Shown: positions 49,079 to 59,213 of the stretch, one piece after another | Layout: the number at the start of each line of letters is the position of its first letter | Numbering within the stretch: the stretch's first letter is position 1 | Assembly (NCBI GenBank): GCA_963700285.1 | Contig: CAVOXA010000009.1 | Location: forward strand, 224,001-288,000 | DNA length: 64,000 nt | Reading direction: 5' to 3' | Source: an uncultured Chloroflexia bacterium | GTDB taxonomy: Bacteria > Chloroflexota > Anaerolineae > JAAYZQ01 | Notes under the pieces: model-generated | What the model saw: the letters and a program-made list of their open reading frames with translations, nothing else | The model's database searches: none | Told to the model about the DNA's origin: nothing | Position numbers and translations under genes: made by a program

Positions 49079-49171
49079 TCTCGGTGGTTTGTGTGTATGA
49101 GATAGCTGGGGTACAGACAAAAAACACCAGATCCCAGATCTGGTACAAGCAGAACAGATGGAGGGACAGAT

Positions 49172-50101
49172 ATGGCTGATCTTGTCGGAATGGACATTCT
49201 CGACGGTGCGCAGTTCACCCGAAACGATCTGGTGCGGATCATGGAGGTGGCTGCTGATTTCCGGCAGCAACTTGAAGAGGGACAGCCGTCAAAGCTCATG
49301 GACGGCTATGTGATGGGCTCGCTCTTTTTTGAGCCCAGCACCCGCACCCGGCTGTCCTTCGAGACCGCGATGCACCGGCTGGGCGGTGCTGTGGTGGGTT
49401 TTGCCTCGGCCGGAGTCTCTTCCACAGCCAAAGGCGAATCGCTGGAAGATACGATCCGAACCGTTGACCAGTACGTCGACATCATTGCCATGCGCCACCC
49501 CGAGATTGGTTCCGCCCGGCGGGCGGCCGCAGTTGCCGAGGCGGTGGTACTCAATGGCGGCGACGGTGCAGGCCAGCATCCCACCCAGGCCCTGTTGGAC
49601 CTGTTTACCATCGAGTCGGAATGCGGCGGGGTCGACGGCAGGACCATCGTGCTGTGTGGCGACCTGAAGAACGGCCGTACGGTGCACGCCGGGGTCGAGC
49701 TCTACAAGCACTATGACTGCAAGATGATCTTTGTAGCGCCCCAGGCACTCGGAATGCCAGCCGGCATCACCGCCAGCCTTCGGGAACAGGGCATCCTGGT
49801 GGAAGAGACGATGGAGCTCGAGCCAGCCCTGGCCGAGGCGGACGTGTTCTACATGACCCGCATTCAGAAGGAGCGCTTTGCGGACCCGGCCGAGTACGAG
49901 AAGCTCAGTGGCAGCTATATCCTGACCCGTGAGATCGTCGAGCGCGTGAACCCAGGTGTGACGGTGCTGCATCCCCTGCCGCGGGTGGACGAGATCACGA
50001 CTGACGTGGACAGCCTGCCCGGCGCAGCCTATTTCCGCCAGGCAAAGAATGGCGTCTGTATTCGCATGGCCCTGATCGCCCTGGTGCTGGGCAAGGTGTA
50101 G
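49172..50101 (+). CDS. pyrB: Aspartate carbamoyltransferase catalytic subunit, in a catabolic context
   Basis: FFEPSTRT, KGES..DT, MRH, NGGDG..QHPTQ, GDLKNGRTVH, YMTRIQKERF, HPLPR. Confidence 0.9.
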   Translation: MADLVGMDILDGAQFTRNDLVRIMEVAADFRQQLEEGQPSKLMDGYVMGSLFFEPSTRTRLSFETAMHRLGGAVVGFASAGVSSTAKGESLEDTIRTVDQYVDIIAMRHPEIGSARRAAAVAEAVVLNGGDGAGQHPTQALLDLFTIESECGGVDGRTIVLCGDLKNGRTVHAGVELYKHYDCKMIFVAPQALGMPAGITASLREQGILVEETMELEPALAEADVFYMTRIQKERFADPAEYEKLSGSYILTREIVERVNPGVTVLHPLPRVDEITTDVDSLPGAAYFRQAKNGVCIRMALIALVLGKV

Positions 50102-50136
50102 AGCTGCAAGGATGATCAGCTTTTTGGAGTGCGTAC

Positions 50137-52480
50137 ATGGACAAGCATAGATTTAACATCCTGGGCAAGGCAGCGAGGCGCAAGGACGGCGTAGCGCGGG
50201 TCACCGGCCAGGAGAAATATACGCCAGATATCAGGCTGCCGCGTATGCTCCAGGGTCGGATCTTGTCCAGCCCCTACGCCCATGCCCGCATCAAAAGCAT
50301 CGATGCCAGCGCTGCCCGAGGCGATGGGAGCTGTGGTCATCACCTGGGACGATATTCCCCACAAGCGCTACAACGAGCGCATCATCACCATTCCCTCAGT
50401 ATTACACAAAGACCACTATGTACTGGCGGACAAAGTCCGGCGCATGGGCGAGGCCGTGGCCGCTGTGGCAGCCGAGACCGAAGCCTTGGCCGAAAAAGCG
50501 ATGCGTGCCATCCGGGTCGAGTACGAGGTGCTGCCCGTCGTCACCGACCCCTTTGAAGCCATGGCGCCAGGCGCAGCGTCGATCTATGATACCATCGACT
50601 GGGGGCCCGACGAAATCAGGATCGAGAACAACATTGCCTGCCAACGCGACGTGAAAGAGGGCGATGCGGACAATGCCTTTGCCGAGGCGGACGTCGTCGT
50701 GGAGGGTCGTTTCAGCACGCAAAAGATCTACCACGCTCAGATGGAGCCCAAGTCCTGTGTCTGCCGGCCAGAGCCGGATGGCGGTCTTACCGTCTGGCCC
50801 ACGACCCAGTCGATCCACAACGTGCGCATTCTGCTGGGCGAGATTTTCGATATCCCTCTGAGCAAGATCAATGTCAAGAAGGTTCCAGTGGGTGGCACTT
50901 TTGGCTCCAGCATTCAGATGAACCCACCGATCCCCATCTGTGCGGCCCTGGCGCTCAAGGCCGGCCGGCCGGTCAGGCTCACGCTCACGCGCGAAGAGGA
51001 TGTCCACGACCACACGCGCTACGCCTCTCACATCCACCTCAAGCTGGCGGCCAAGAGCGATGGTACGCTGACCGGCGCCGAGATGGAGCTGGTGGCCGAC
51101 ATCGGCGCTCACAATATCCAGGCCTACTCTTTCCTGGGGGTCAGTGTCGGCTGGCTGGTCTCCCTGTACAAGCTGCCCAACGTATGCTACAAGGGCACAG
51201 CCGTTTACACCAACAAGGCCATCTCCTGCGCCATGCAGGGCTTTGGCAACCCCCAGGTCACCTTTGCCGCAGAATCGCTGATGGACGAGCTGGCGGACAA
51301 GCTGGGCATGGATCCGCTGACACTGCGCTTGAAGAACTATGTCGGCCTGGGTGACAGTTTCTGGGGGCAGGGGCCGCTGGTTCGCTCCATCGTACAGAGC
51401 GATGGCGTGCCCGAACTTCTGCAGCAGGGCGCGGAAGCCATCGGCTGGGATGTCCGGCCCCAGCCAGGGACCCAAACCGCTCGCCGCAGGCGGGGCATCG
51501 GCCTGGCCCGCGGCTTCCACACCTCCAGCGCTGGCGCGCCACAACCGGGCGACGTGATTGACTTTTCGGGCGCCATGGTCAAGGTGAACATCGACGGCTC
51601 CGTCGACGTCATCACGGCGTTGATGGACCACGGCGGTGGCACGCTGGAGGCCATCGCCAAGCTGGTGGCGGAGGAGTTGTGCGTGCCCCTGGACAAGGTG
51701 AACATGGCCCCGGCGGAGACCTGCTCAACCGTCTATGACTGTGTAACCCACGCCACGCGCGGCGTGTATGCTGGCGGTGGGGCGGCGGTCAAGGCGGCCA
51801 AAGAGGTGCACCAGGAATTGCTGGATACCGCTGCCCGCTACCTCAACGTCATGCCCGAAGCGCTGGCGCTGCGTCTGGACGAGGGTCTGGGGCAGAGCGT
51901 GATCTATGCCCCCTCCATGCCCGAACGGTGCATGACGTTGCAGGAACTCGCCACCCGCTGCTGGGAACAGAGCTGGAAGACCATCGCCTCGGTGGTCAGC
52001 TACCGGCCGACCAACTGCCCGCCGGCCTATGTCACGGTCTTTGTGGAAGTTGAGGTCGATACCTGGACCGGACAGGTACGGACCCTGCGGGCAGTGATGG
52101 GCAGCGACTGCGGCACGGTGGTCAACCCGGTGATGGCTGCCGGTCAACTGGAAGGTGGCCTCAGCAAGGGCGTGGGCTATGCTCTATACGAGAGCAACGA
52201 GTGGAACGCGGCTGGCCAGGTGGCCGGCGGCGGCTACTGGATCGATGCCAAGACAGCGGCCATCGGCGAGACACCCCACGTGGACGGCCTGACCATCCAT
52301 TTTGCCGATACCTACGAGCCGACTGGTCCCCATGGCGCCAAGGGGATCGGGGAGGCGGCGGCCAACCCGGTGGCGGCCGCCTACGCCAACGCCATCACCA
52401 ACGCCCTGGGAATCCGTTTCTACGAGCTACCCATCACGCCGGAAAAGATCCTGCGGGCGCTGAAAGGTGAGGAGGCTTAG
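50137..52480 (+). CDS. Xanthine-dehydrogenase-family Mo-binding large subunit 1; frameshift near 50310
   Basis: RVTGQ..Y, SPYAHARI, MEP, GGTFG, TREE, QGFG.PQ..FA.E, GQLEGG, GAKGIGE. Confidence 0.88.
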
Positions 52481-52482
52481 CC

Positions 52483-53987
52483 ATGTGCCAGGAAAGCCAA
52501 GCCTATCCCATGACGAACACCCACATCCTCCTGAACGAGTTTGACTATTTCGAGCCGGCCTCGCTGGCTGAGGCGTTTGCCCTGCTGGCCACGCACGGCG
52601 ATCGTGCCCAACTGCTGGCCGGCGGCTCCTATCTGCTGGTGCAGATGAAGCAGGAGCGGGCCGCGCCAGAAGTAGTGGTCAATATCAACCACGTGCATGG
52701 CTTGAGGGGCGCTGCCTGGCGCGACGACCAGCTTTGTATCGGTGCGCTTGCGACGATTCGTGAGACTCACAGTTTGCCAGTGGTACAATCCGGCTACCAG
52801 GCACTGGCCGAAGCCTGCGCTGCCTTTGGCTCGATGCAGATCCAGATGATGGGTACCCTTGGCGGGAACGTGTGCAACGGCTCACCTGCCTCCGACGCCG
52901 TGCCTGCGCTGATGGCCTTGGACGCGCGACTGGTGCTGGCCAGCCAAGGAGGGGAGCGCACTCTTCCGCTGTCCCAATTCTTGCTGGGCCCAGGCAGGAC
53001 CGCTCTGCGGGCCGGCGAGGTGCTGTCTCACGTATTGCTGCCCAAACCAGAGCAGGGAACGGGCAGCGCTTTCATCAAGCTTGCACGCGTGGCCGCCGAT
53101 CTGGCCAAGGTGAATGCCGCGGCTGTCGTCGTCCGTGACGGCGACTAGGATCAAGGACTGCAGAGTAGCCTTTGGTTCTGTGGCCCCTACGGTCATCCGG
53201 GCGGTCGAAACAGAGGCTTTCCTGCATGGCAAAGCCTTCAGCCCGGATCTGGCACTGGCCGCCGGCAAAGTCGCCATGGGCGAGATCACGCCCATTGACG
53301 ACGTGCGCTCCACGGCTTGGTACCGCCGCGAGGTGACCAGGGCGGTCACGTATGATCTTCTGATGGCGGCCTGGGATCGTGCAGCCGAGGAAAGGCCCAG
53401 CAGTGGACGGGGCGCTGGCCAGTACGCCGGTGGGTGTGGCCAAAACCCTGCGCTCAGGACGGCCCGGGCTGCAGGCCGCGGCGGGCGAACAGATGCCGCT
53501 GACGCTGCGGGTGAACGGCGAACAACATCATGCCTGGGTGACCCCCAATGACCTGCTGCTCAACGTATTGCGAGAAGACTTGGAATTCACCGGTCCCAAG
53601 TATGGCTGCGGCATTGGCGAGTGCGGCGCGTGTACCGTGTTGCTCAACGGCCGGCCGGCCCTTGCCTGTCTCACGCTGGCGCTGGCGGCCGATGGAGCCG
53701 AGGTGGTGACGGTCGAAGGCCTCCAGGCCGCCGATGGGGCCTTGCACCCTCTGCAGGAGGCTTTCCTCGATCACCAGGCTTTCCAGTGCGGCTACTGCAC
53801 GCCCGGTATCCTGATGATGTCCAAGACGCTGTTGGATGATATCCCGGTACCGGACGAGGACGACGTACGCGATTACCTGCGCGGCAATCGTTGCCGGTGT
53901 ACCGGTTTCGCCAGCATTGTCCGCGCTGTTCTGAGCAGCGTACAACAACCGCATGGCGCGCTACCGGATATTGGGCGCCAGGATTAG
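52483..53987 (+). CDS. XDH-family FAD subunit, probably fused to a [2Fe-2S] subunit; frameshifts near 53146 and 53390
   Basis: LAGGS.L, QI..MGTLGGNVCNGSPASD, PIDDVRST..YR. No stop before the linker to LRVNGE, GPKYGCGIGECGACTV, QCGYCTPG, GNRCRCTG. Confidence 0.8.
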
Positions 53988-54003
53988 GATATTGGAGGGT
54001 TCA

Positions 54004-54870
54004 ATGCTACCAGTGTACAGTTCGCTGCAGCCGGCGACGTTGGACGAGGCGCTTGGCGTGCTGGCCGGAGTGGATGACGTGCTGCCCATCGCCGGCGGCA
54101 CCAATGTAGTCATGGCCATGCGCGATGGACAGCACCGGGGCAAGACGCTAATGGATGTGACCCGGTTGGCAGAGTTGCGTGGCATCCGCCTGGAAAATGG
54201 ACACGTGGTTATCGGCGGCGGCACCACGGCCGCCGAATTGCTGGACTCCACACTCATAGCCGAACACGCCCGACCTCTGCACCAGGCCTCCCGGGTCTTT
54301 GCCAACCCGCTGATCCGCAACCGGGCTACCGTAGCGGGCAACATCGCGGACGCTTCCCCGGCAGCCGATATGGTCCCGCCCCTGCTGGTTCTGGATGCGG
54401 AGGTGGACCTGGTCAGCGCATCCGGGAGCCGCTGGATCCCGTTGGACCAGTTCATGGTGGGCGTCAACCAGACCATGCGGCAGCCCGACGAGTTGATCGT
54501 CTCCCTCCGCTGGCCGATCCCCACGGCGTGTAGTGCGGGCGCTTTCCACAAACTGGCATTGCGCAAAGGGAGCGCTTGTTCAGTGCTGAGTGTGGCGGTG
54601 CTGGTTCAAGCCAACAGCGCCGGGCACGTCTCTCTGGCCAGGATTGCGATGGGGGCGTTGGCCGCCAAGCCCGTCCGTGCTTACCAAGCTGAAGACGTGC
54701 TGGCAGGCAAAGCCCTGACAGACAATGTCATCGAAGTTGCCGCCCGATTGGCGGCAGAGTCGACAGAGCCCATCGACGACGTGCGCGGGACGGCCTCCTA
54801 TCGCCGGCGCATGGCCGGCGTATTGACCCGACGCTTGCTCACAGAGGCGGCGGAGCTGGGGCAGGAGTGA
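54004..54870 (+). CDS. XDH-family FAD-binding (medium) subunit 2
   Basis: IAGGTN, IRNRATVAGNIADASPAAD, PIDDVRGTASYR. Confidence 0.9.
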   Translation: MLPVYSSLQPATLDEALGVLAGVDDVLPIAGGTNVVMAMRDGQHRGKTLMDVTRLAELRGIRLENGHVVIGGGTTAAELLDSTLIAEHARPLHQASRVFANPLIRNRATVAGNIADASPAADMVPPLLVLDAEVDLVSASGSRWIPLDQFMVGVNQTMRQPDELIVSLRWPIPTACSAGAFHKLALRKGSACSVLSVAVLVQANSAGHVSLARIAMGALAAKPVRAYQAEDVLAGKALTDNVIEVAARLAAESTEPIDDVRGTASYRRRMAGVLTRRLLTEAAELGQE

Positions 54871-54874
54871 TGCA

Positions 54875-55375
54875 ATGACACCGAAACTGGTAGCACTCAA
54901 CGTAAACGGCCGGACGCACCACGTCGCCCTCGAGCCTCACATTACCTTGCTGCGGGCCTTGCGCGAGCTTGGCTACACCGATGTGAAGAACGGCTGCGAA
55001 AAAGGTGAATGCGGGGCCTGCGCCGTGCTCCTGGATGGCGCTGCAGTCAACAGTTGCCTGGTGCTGGCTTGGCAGGCCGACGGTGTAGAGATCGTGACCA
55101 ACGCTGGGCTGGGGACGATGGATGCCCCCCACCCATTGCAGAAAGCCTTCGCCGACCACGGCGCGGTCCAGTGCGGTTATTGCACGCCTGGCATGATCGT
55201 CTCTGCCAAGGCATTGCTGGATCGAGAGCCAGATCCAAGTGAGGAGGAGATCCGCGAGGCGCTCTCAGGCAATCTCTGTCGCTGTACCGGCTATGGGCAG
55301 ATCTTTGAGGCGGTCAGGGTTGCCGCAGCCGAGATCCGGTCAGACACGGCTCGGTACGAGAAGGGAGGTGCATGA
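54875..55375 (+). CDS. XDH-family [2Fe-2S] (small) subunit 2
   Basis: KNGCEKGECGACAV, NSC, QCGYCTPG, GNLCRCTGY. Confidence 0.93.
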   Translation: MTPKLVALNVNGRTHHVALEPHITLLRALRELGYTDVKNGCEKGECGACAVLLDGAAVNSCLVLAWQADGVEIVTNAGLGTMDAPHPLQKAFADHGAVQCGYCTPGMIVSAKALLDREPDPSEEEIREALSGNLCRCTGYGQIFEAVRVAAAEIRSDTARYEKGGA

Positions 55376-57765
55376 TGGAGGCACGATACAGGGCCAAGCC
55401 ACTCCCGCCCGTCAATCTGCCGGAACTCCGCCAGGTGGGCAAACCTTTGCGCCGGATAGATGCCATGGGCAAGGCGGTGGGTCACACCACCTATGCCGGT
55501 GATTATTCCATGCCCAACATGCTCCACGCCAAGGTTCTCCGCAGCACCGAGCCGCATGCCCGGATCGTGTACCTGGATGTAAGCCGGGCTGCTGAGTTGC
55601 CGGGTGTGGCCTGCGTGCTCACAGCCGCCGATATGGAAAACGCCGGAAAACTCACCACCGATCTGCCGGGCCAGACCGGGCAGCAGCGACGGGCCGGCTC
55701 CGACGCTCAGGTGCTGGCGGCCGAGATCGTCCGTTTTATGGGTGAACCCATCGCTCTGGTGGCGGCCGAGACCGTCGAGATTGCCGAGCAAGCGCTGAGA
55801 CTGATCGAGGTCGAGTATGAGCCCCTGCCCGGTGTGTTTGACCCTCACAAAGCACTCGAGCCCGGCGCCCCCGTGATCTACGAGCCGGATAACCTGGTCG
55901 CCAGGTGGAAGATCCGCCGGGGGGATGTGGACAAGGGCATGGCGGCGGCCGACTTGATCGTAGAGAACACCTTCCGGGTCCCCTTCCAGGACCATGCCTA
56001 CATCGAGCCTGAAGCGGGCCTGGCCTGGGTGGATGGGCAGGGTGTGATTAACATCCGGGTCTGTACCCAGGTGGTGGAGCATTTCCGCAGCATCGCTCGC
56101 GCTTTGGGGGTACCCCAGAATAAGATCCGTGTGCGCGGAACGCTGCTGGGTGGCGGCTTTGGTGGCAAGGAGGATATCACGGTAGAGATCTTTTTGGCGC
56201 TTCTTGCTCAAAAGACCGGCCAACCAGTCCGCCTGGCCTACACCCGTGAGGAGTCCTTGATCGGCCATTCCAAACGCCATCCCTTCACCATCACCCATCG
56301 TACCGGCGTGCAGCGCAATGGCCGGCTAACGGCGGCTGAGATCAAGCTGGTGGCTGATTCGGGCGCCTATCCCTACCTCAGCCCCTACGTCCTGCTCTAC
56401 GCTACGGCCATGTCCAGCGGCCCGTACCGCATTCCTCACCTCAAGGTCGATGGCTATGCGGCTGCCACGAATCAGACATTCGCCAGCGCCTTCCGTGGCT
56501 TTGGCGGTCCGCAGGCCTGCTTTGCCTATGAGGGTCAGATGGACGCCATCGCCGAGGCGCTGAACATGGACCCTCTGGAGTTGCGCAAGATCAACTACCT
56601 GCACACGGGCGATCCCATCGCCACCGGACAGGTCATTGACAGCGCGGCTTGGCTGGAAGAGACGGCAAGCCGCGCGCTGGCAGCCCTGGGGGAAAAGACG
56701 CCCAACCACGGCCCGGTCAAGACGGGCTGGGGCTTTGCGTCCTATTTTCAGTCGTATGGCCGCATAACCTGGATGCACGATACCAGCCGCGCCTGGGTAG
56801 GTCTGGAACTGGATGGCACGGCCGTGATCCGCAGCGGTGTGCCGGACCTGGGTGCGGGACAGATCAACACCCTGGCCCAGATCACGGCCGAGATCCTGGG
56901 CGTGTCGCTGCACGACATCACCGTATACAGTACCGACTCGGCCGTGACACCGCTGGCCGGTACCTCCACAGCTACCCGGCAACTCTACATGTCCGGCAAC
57001 GCGGTGAGCATGGCGGCCAACGCCGTCCGGCAGGTACTGCTGGAGCGGGCACAGAGGCATTTTGAGGAGGAAATCGAGGATCTGGACCTGGCCGATGGGC
57101 GGGTGTTCGTCAAGGGCGATCCGGACCAGTCGATGCCGCTTAGCGAACTGGCGGCGATCTGTGCCGCCGAGGGGCTGGAGCTGTCCAATCTAGCCCAATT
57201 CAATGCTCCCTTTACCGGCCCGCTGGACCCCGAGACCGGCCAGGGGCGGATCTGGCCTGATTTCACCTTCGGCGCCCATGCCGTGGAGGTGGCCGTGGAT
57301 ATGGAGACCGGCCAGGTGGATATCCTCAAGAGCATCGGCTGCCACGACGTGGGCCGGGCCATCAACCCCGATGCCTGCGAGGGCCAGATCGTCGGCGGTG
57401 CACACCAGGGCCTGGGCTACGCCATGTTGGAAGGATACCGCATGAAAGAGGGGCGGGTTGTTACGCCATCGCTGGCCGAGTATCTCCTCCCCACTGCCGT
57501 AGACTTTGTGCCCAGCCAGGCCATCATCCTGGAATCGGGTACCGGCAAAGGGCCGTTTGGTTCGAAAGGGATCGGTGAACCAGCCCTGACACCAGCCGCA
57601 GCGGCTGTGGCAAACGCTGTCGCCGACGCGGTTGGAGCCCGTGTCTACGAGCTGCCGCTGACGCCCGAGCGGGTGTTGGCGGCTATCGATCAGGCCCAGT
57701 CCGGCCAGCTCTGGCACAAAAAACGGGGCGAACCCAGCGCAGAAGTCCCATCCGACCCTCAGTAA
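55372..57765 (+). CDS. XDH-family Mo-binding large subunit 2
   Basis: RS..PHARI, HAYIEPE, GGGFGGKED, AFRGFGGPQ, GAGQ, ATRQ, GQIVGG, SKGIGEP. Confidence 0.92.
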   Translation: MMEARYRAKPLPPVNLPELRQVGKPLRRIDAMGKAVGHTTYAGDYSMPNMLHAKVLRSTEPHARIVYLDVSRAAELPGVACVLTAADMENAGKLTTDLPGQTGQQRRAGSDAQVLAAEIVRFMGEPIALVAAETVEIAEQALRLIEVEYEPLPGVFDPHKALEPGAPVIYEPDNLVARWKIRRGDVDKGMAAADLIVENTFRVPFQDHAYIEPEAGLAWVDGQGVINIRVCTQVVEHFRSIARALGVPQNKIRVRGTLLGGGFGGKEDITVEIFLALLAQKTGQPVRLAYTREESLIGHSKRHPFTITHRTGVQRNGRLTAAEIKLVADSGAYPYLSPYVLLYATAMSSGPYRIPHLKVDGYAAATNQTFASAFRGFGGPQACFAYEGQMDAIAEALNMDPLELRKINYLHTGDPIATGQVIDSAAWLEETASRALAALGEKTPNHGPVKTGWGFASYFQSYGRITWMHDTSRAWVGLELDGTAVIRSGVPDLGAGQINTLAQITAEILGVSLHDITVYSTDSAVTPLAGTSTATRQLYMSGNAVSMAANAVRQVLLERAQRHFEEEIEDLDLADGRVFVKGDPDQSMPLSELAAICAAEGLELSNLAQFNAPFTGPLDPETGQGRIWPDFTFGAHAVEVAVDMETGQVDILKSIGCHDVGRAINPDACEGQIVGGAHQGLGYAMLEGYRMKEGRVVTPSLAEYLLPTAVDFVPSQAIILESGTGKGPFGSKGIGEPALTPAAAAVANAVADAVGARVYELPLTPERVLAAIDQAQSGQLWHKKRGEPSAEVPSDPQ

Positions 57766-57774
57766 GGAGAAGTA

Positions 57775-59142
57775 GTGGTGGAGATAAAGTACGATCTATT
57801 GTTCGCCGGCGGTACGGTGGTCACTGGCCAGGGCATGCAGCTGGCCGACGTGGGGGTCTGGGGAGAAAAACTGGCAGCCATCGGCCGGGATCTGCCTCAA
57901 GAGGCAGCCAGGGAGGTCATTGACGCCAGTGGCAAGTACATCCTGCCAGGCGCTATCGATGTGCACGTGCACCCTGTCTATCTCGACAGCGTGGAGCACT
58001 GTTCTGCCCTGGCCGCTTATGGCGGAACCACGACCGTGATCCATTTTGCCTACGCTCGTACCGGAGAAAGCTTGCTGGACAAGGTCGAGGAGATGAGGGC
58101 GGACGGGTTGGCCAACTCCCGGCTGGACTTTGGCCTTCATGGTGGCATGTTTGAGGCTCCCCGTCAAGTGCCCGAGATCCCAAAAGTGATGGATCTGGGC
58201 GTCCGCTCGTTCAAGTTCTTCCTGACCTACCTCAAGCAGGGCTGGTACACCGATGACTACCAGTTGATCAAGGCCATGGATATCCTGGCAGAACAGGGTG
58301 GCATGGCCATGGTCCATGCTGAGAACGGCGGCGCCATCGATTACCTGGAAGACAAATACCTGAAGGGCCCGGGGGCATCGGCCCGTTACTTTAATGCTTC
58401 CCGGCCTGCCGCACTGGAGGAGGAAGCTGCTTTCCGCTCGATCCGCCTGGCAGAGCTTGTAGATTGCCCGCTGTACATCGCTCACGTAACCTCGGCGCGG
58501 ACGGTTGACCTTATCCGCCGCGAGCAGGCTGCCGGACGCAAGGTCTTTGCCGAGACCTGTCCTCAATACCTGACCCTTACCCAAGAGATCATCGAGGAGC
58601 GTGGGGCGCTGGCCAAGATCGGGCCGCCCATCCGATCGGCCGCTGACCGTGACGCGATATGGGCCGGCCTGAGGGATGGCACGCTGCAAGCAGTCTCTTC
58701 GGATCACGCGGCCAAGGCCAAAGATGTGAACGGCGATTTCCTGGAGCAGGGTTTTGGCTCGCCGCAGATGGAAACGCTCCTGCCGCTGGTATACGATGGC
58801 GGCGTGAATCGGGGCCGGATCAGCCTGGTCCGGCTGGTTCAAGTGCTGTGCGAAAACCCGGCCCGCATCTTTGGTCTCTACCCGCGCAAGGGTACTCTGG
58901 CCATCGGCTCGGACGCCGACTTGGTGGTTTTGGATCCCAACCACGAGTTCACCATTCGCTCAGAGAACCAGCACTCGAAGGCTGGCTATACCTTGTACGA
59001 GGGACGTACGGTTCTGGGTTGGCCAGAGATGTCCTTCCAGCGCGGGCAGCCCGTCCTCTGGCAGGGGCAGGTGGTAGCGAAACCCGGCGGTGCCCATTTC
59101 CTGCCGGTACAGCCAGCCCAAATCGAACCACTGACCGTCTGA
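57775..59142 (+). CDS. Cyclic amidohydrolase (dihydropyrimidinase/hydantoinase/allantoinase family)
   Basis: PGAIDVHVH, GGTTT, SFKFF (carbamylated Lys), VHAEN, YIAHV, ETCPQYL, PPIR, SSDH, NPARIFGLYPRKG, GSDADLV. Confidence 0.9.
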   Translation: MVEIKYDLLFAGGTVVTGQGMQLADVGVWGEKLAAIGRDLPQEAAREVIDASGKYILPGAIDVHVHPVYLDSVEHCSALAAYGGTTTVIHFAYARTGESLLDKVEEMRADGLANSRLDFGLHGGMFEAPRQVPEIPKVMDLGVRSFKFFLTYLKQGWYTDDYQLIKAMDILAEQGGMAMVHAENGGAIDYLEDKYLKGPGASARYFNASRPAALEEEAAFRSIRLAELVDCPLYIAHVTSARTVDLIRREQAAGRKVFAETCPQYLTLTQEIIEERGALAKIGPPIRSAADRDAIWAGLRDGTLQAVSSDHAAKAKDVNGDFLEQGFGSPQMETLLPLVYDGGVNRGRISLVRLVQVLCENPARIFGLYPRKGTLAIGSDADLVVLDPNHEFTIRSENQHSKAGYTLYEGRTVLGWPEMSFQRGQPVLWQGQVVAKPGGAHFLPVQPAQIEPLTV

Positions 59143-59169
59143 CTCGAATCACGGCTGTTTCGCATACCC

Positions 59170-59196
59170 GTCATCCTGAGTGCAGCGAAGGATCTC
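59170..59196. repeat. Half copy of the REP-like element at 29318
   Basis: GTCATCCTGAGTGCAGCGAAGGATCTC versus GTCATTCTGAGCGCAGCGAAGAATCTC (24/27 identical). Confidence 0.65.
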
Positions 59197-59213
59197 GGTA
59201 ACTGGAGGAACAC

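Noticed and set aside
53146-53148. TAG in the XDH FAD subunit as possible pyrrolysine/readthrough
   Set aside because: Homology continues in a different frame (RIKDCRVAFGSVAP), so this is a one-base insertion, not an in-frame stop, unlike the hydrogenase TGA.
49172-59142. Standard anaerobic purine degradation cluster (xdh/ygeW/hyuA type)
   Set aside because: Not excluded but disfavoured: the carbamoyltransferase has PyrB Asp-binding motifs rather than YgeW-type features, no ygeX/ygeY/ssnA-like genes are seen, and IOR/ACS/aminotransferase would be unexplained.
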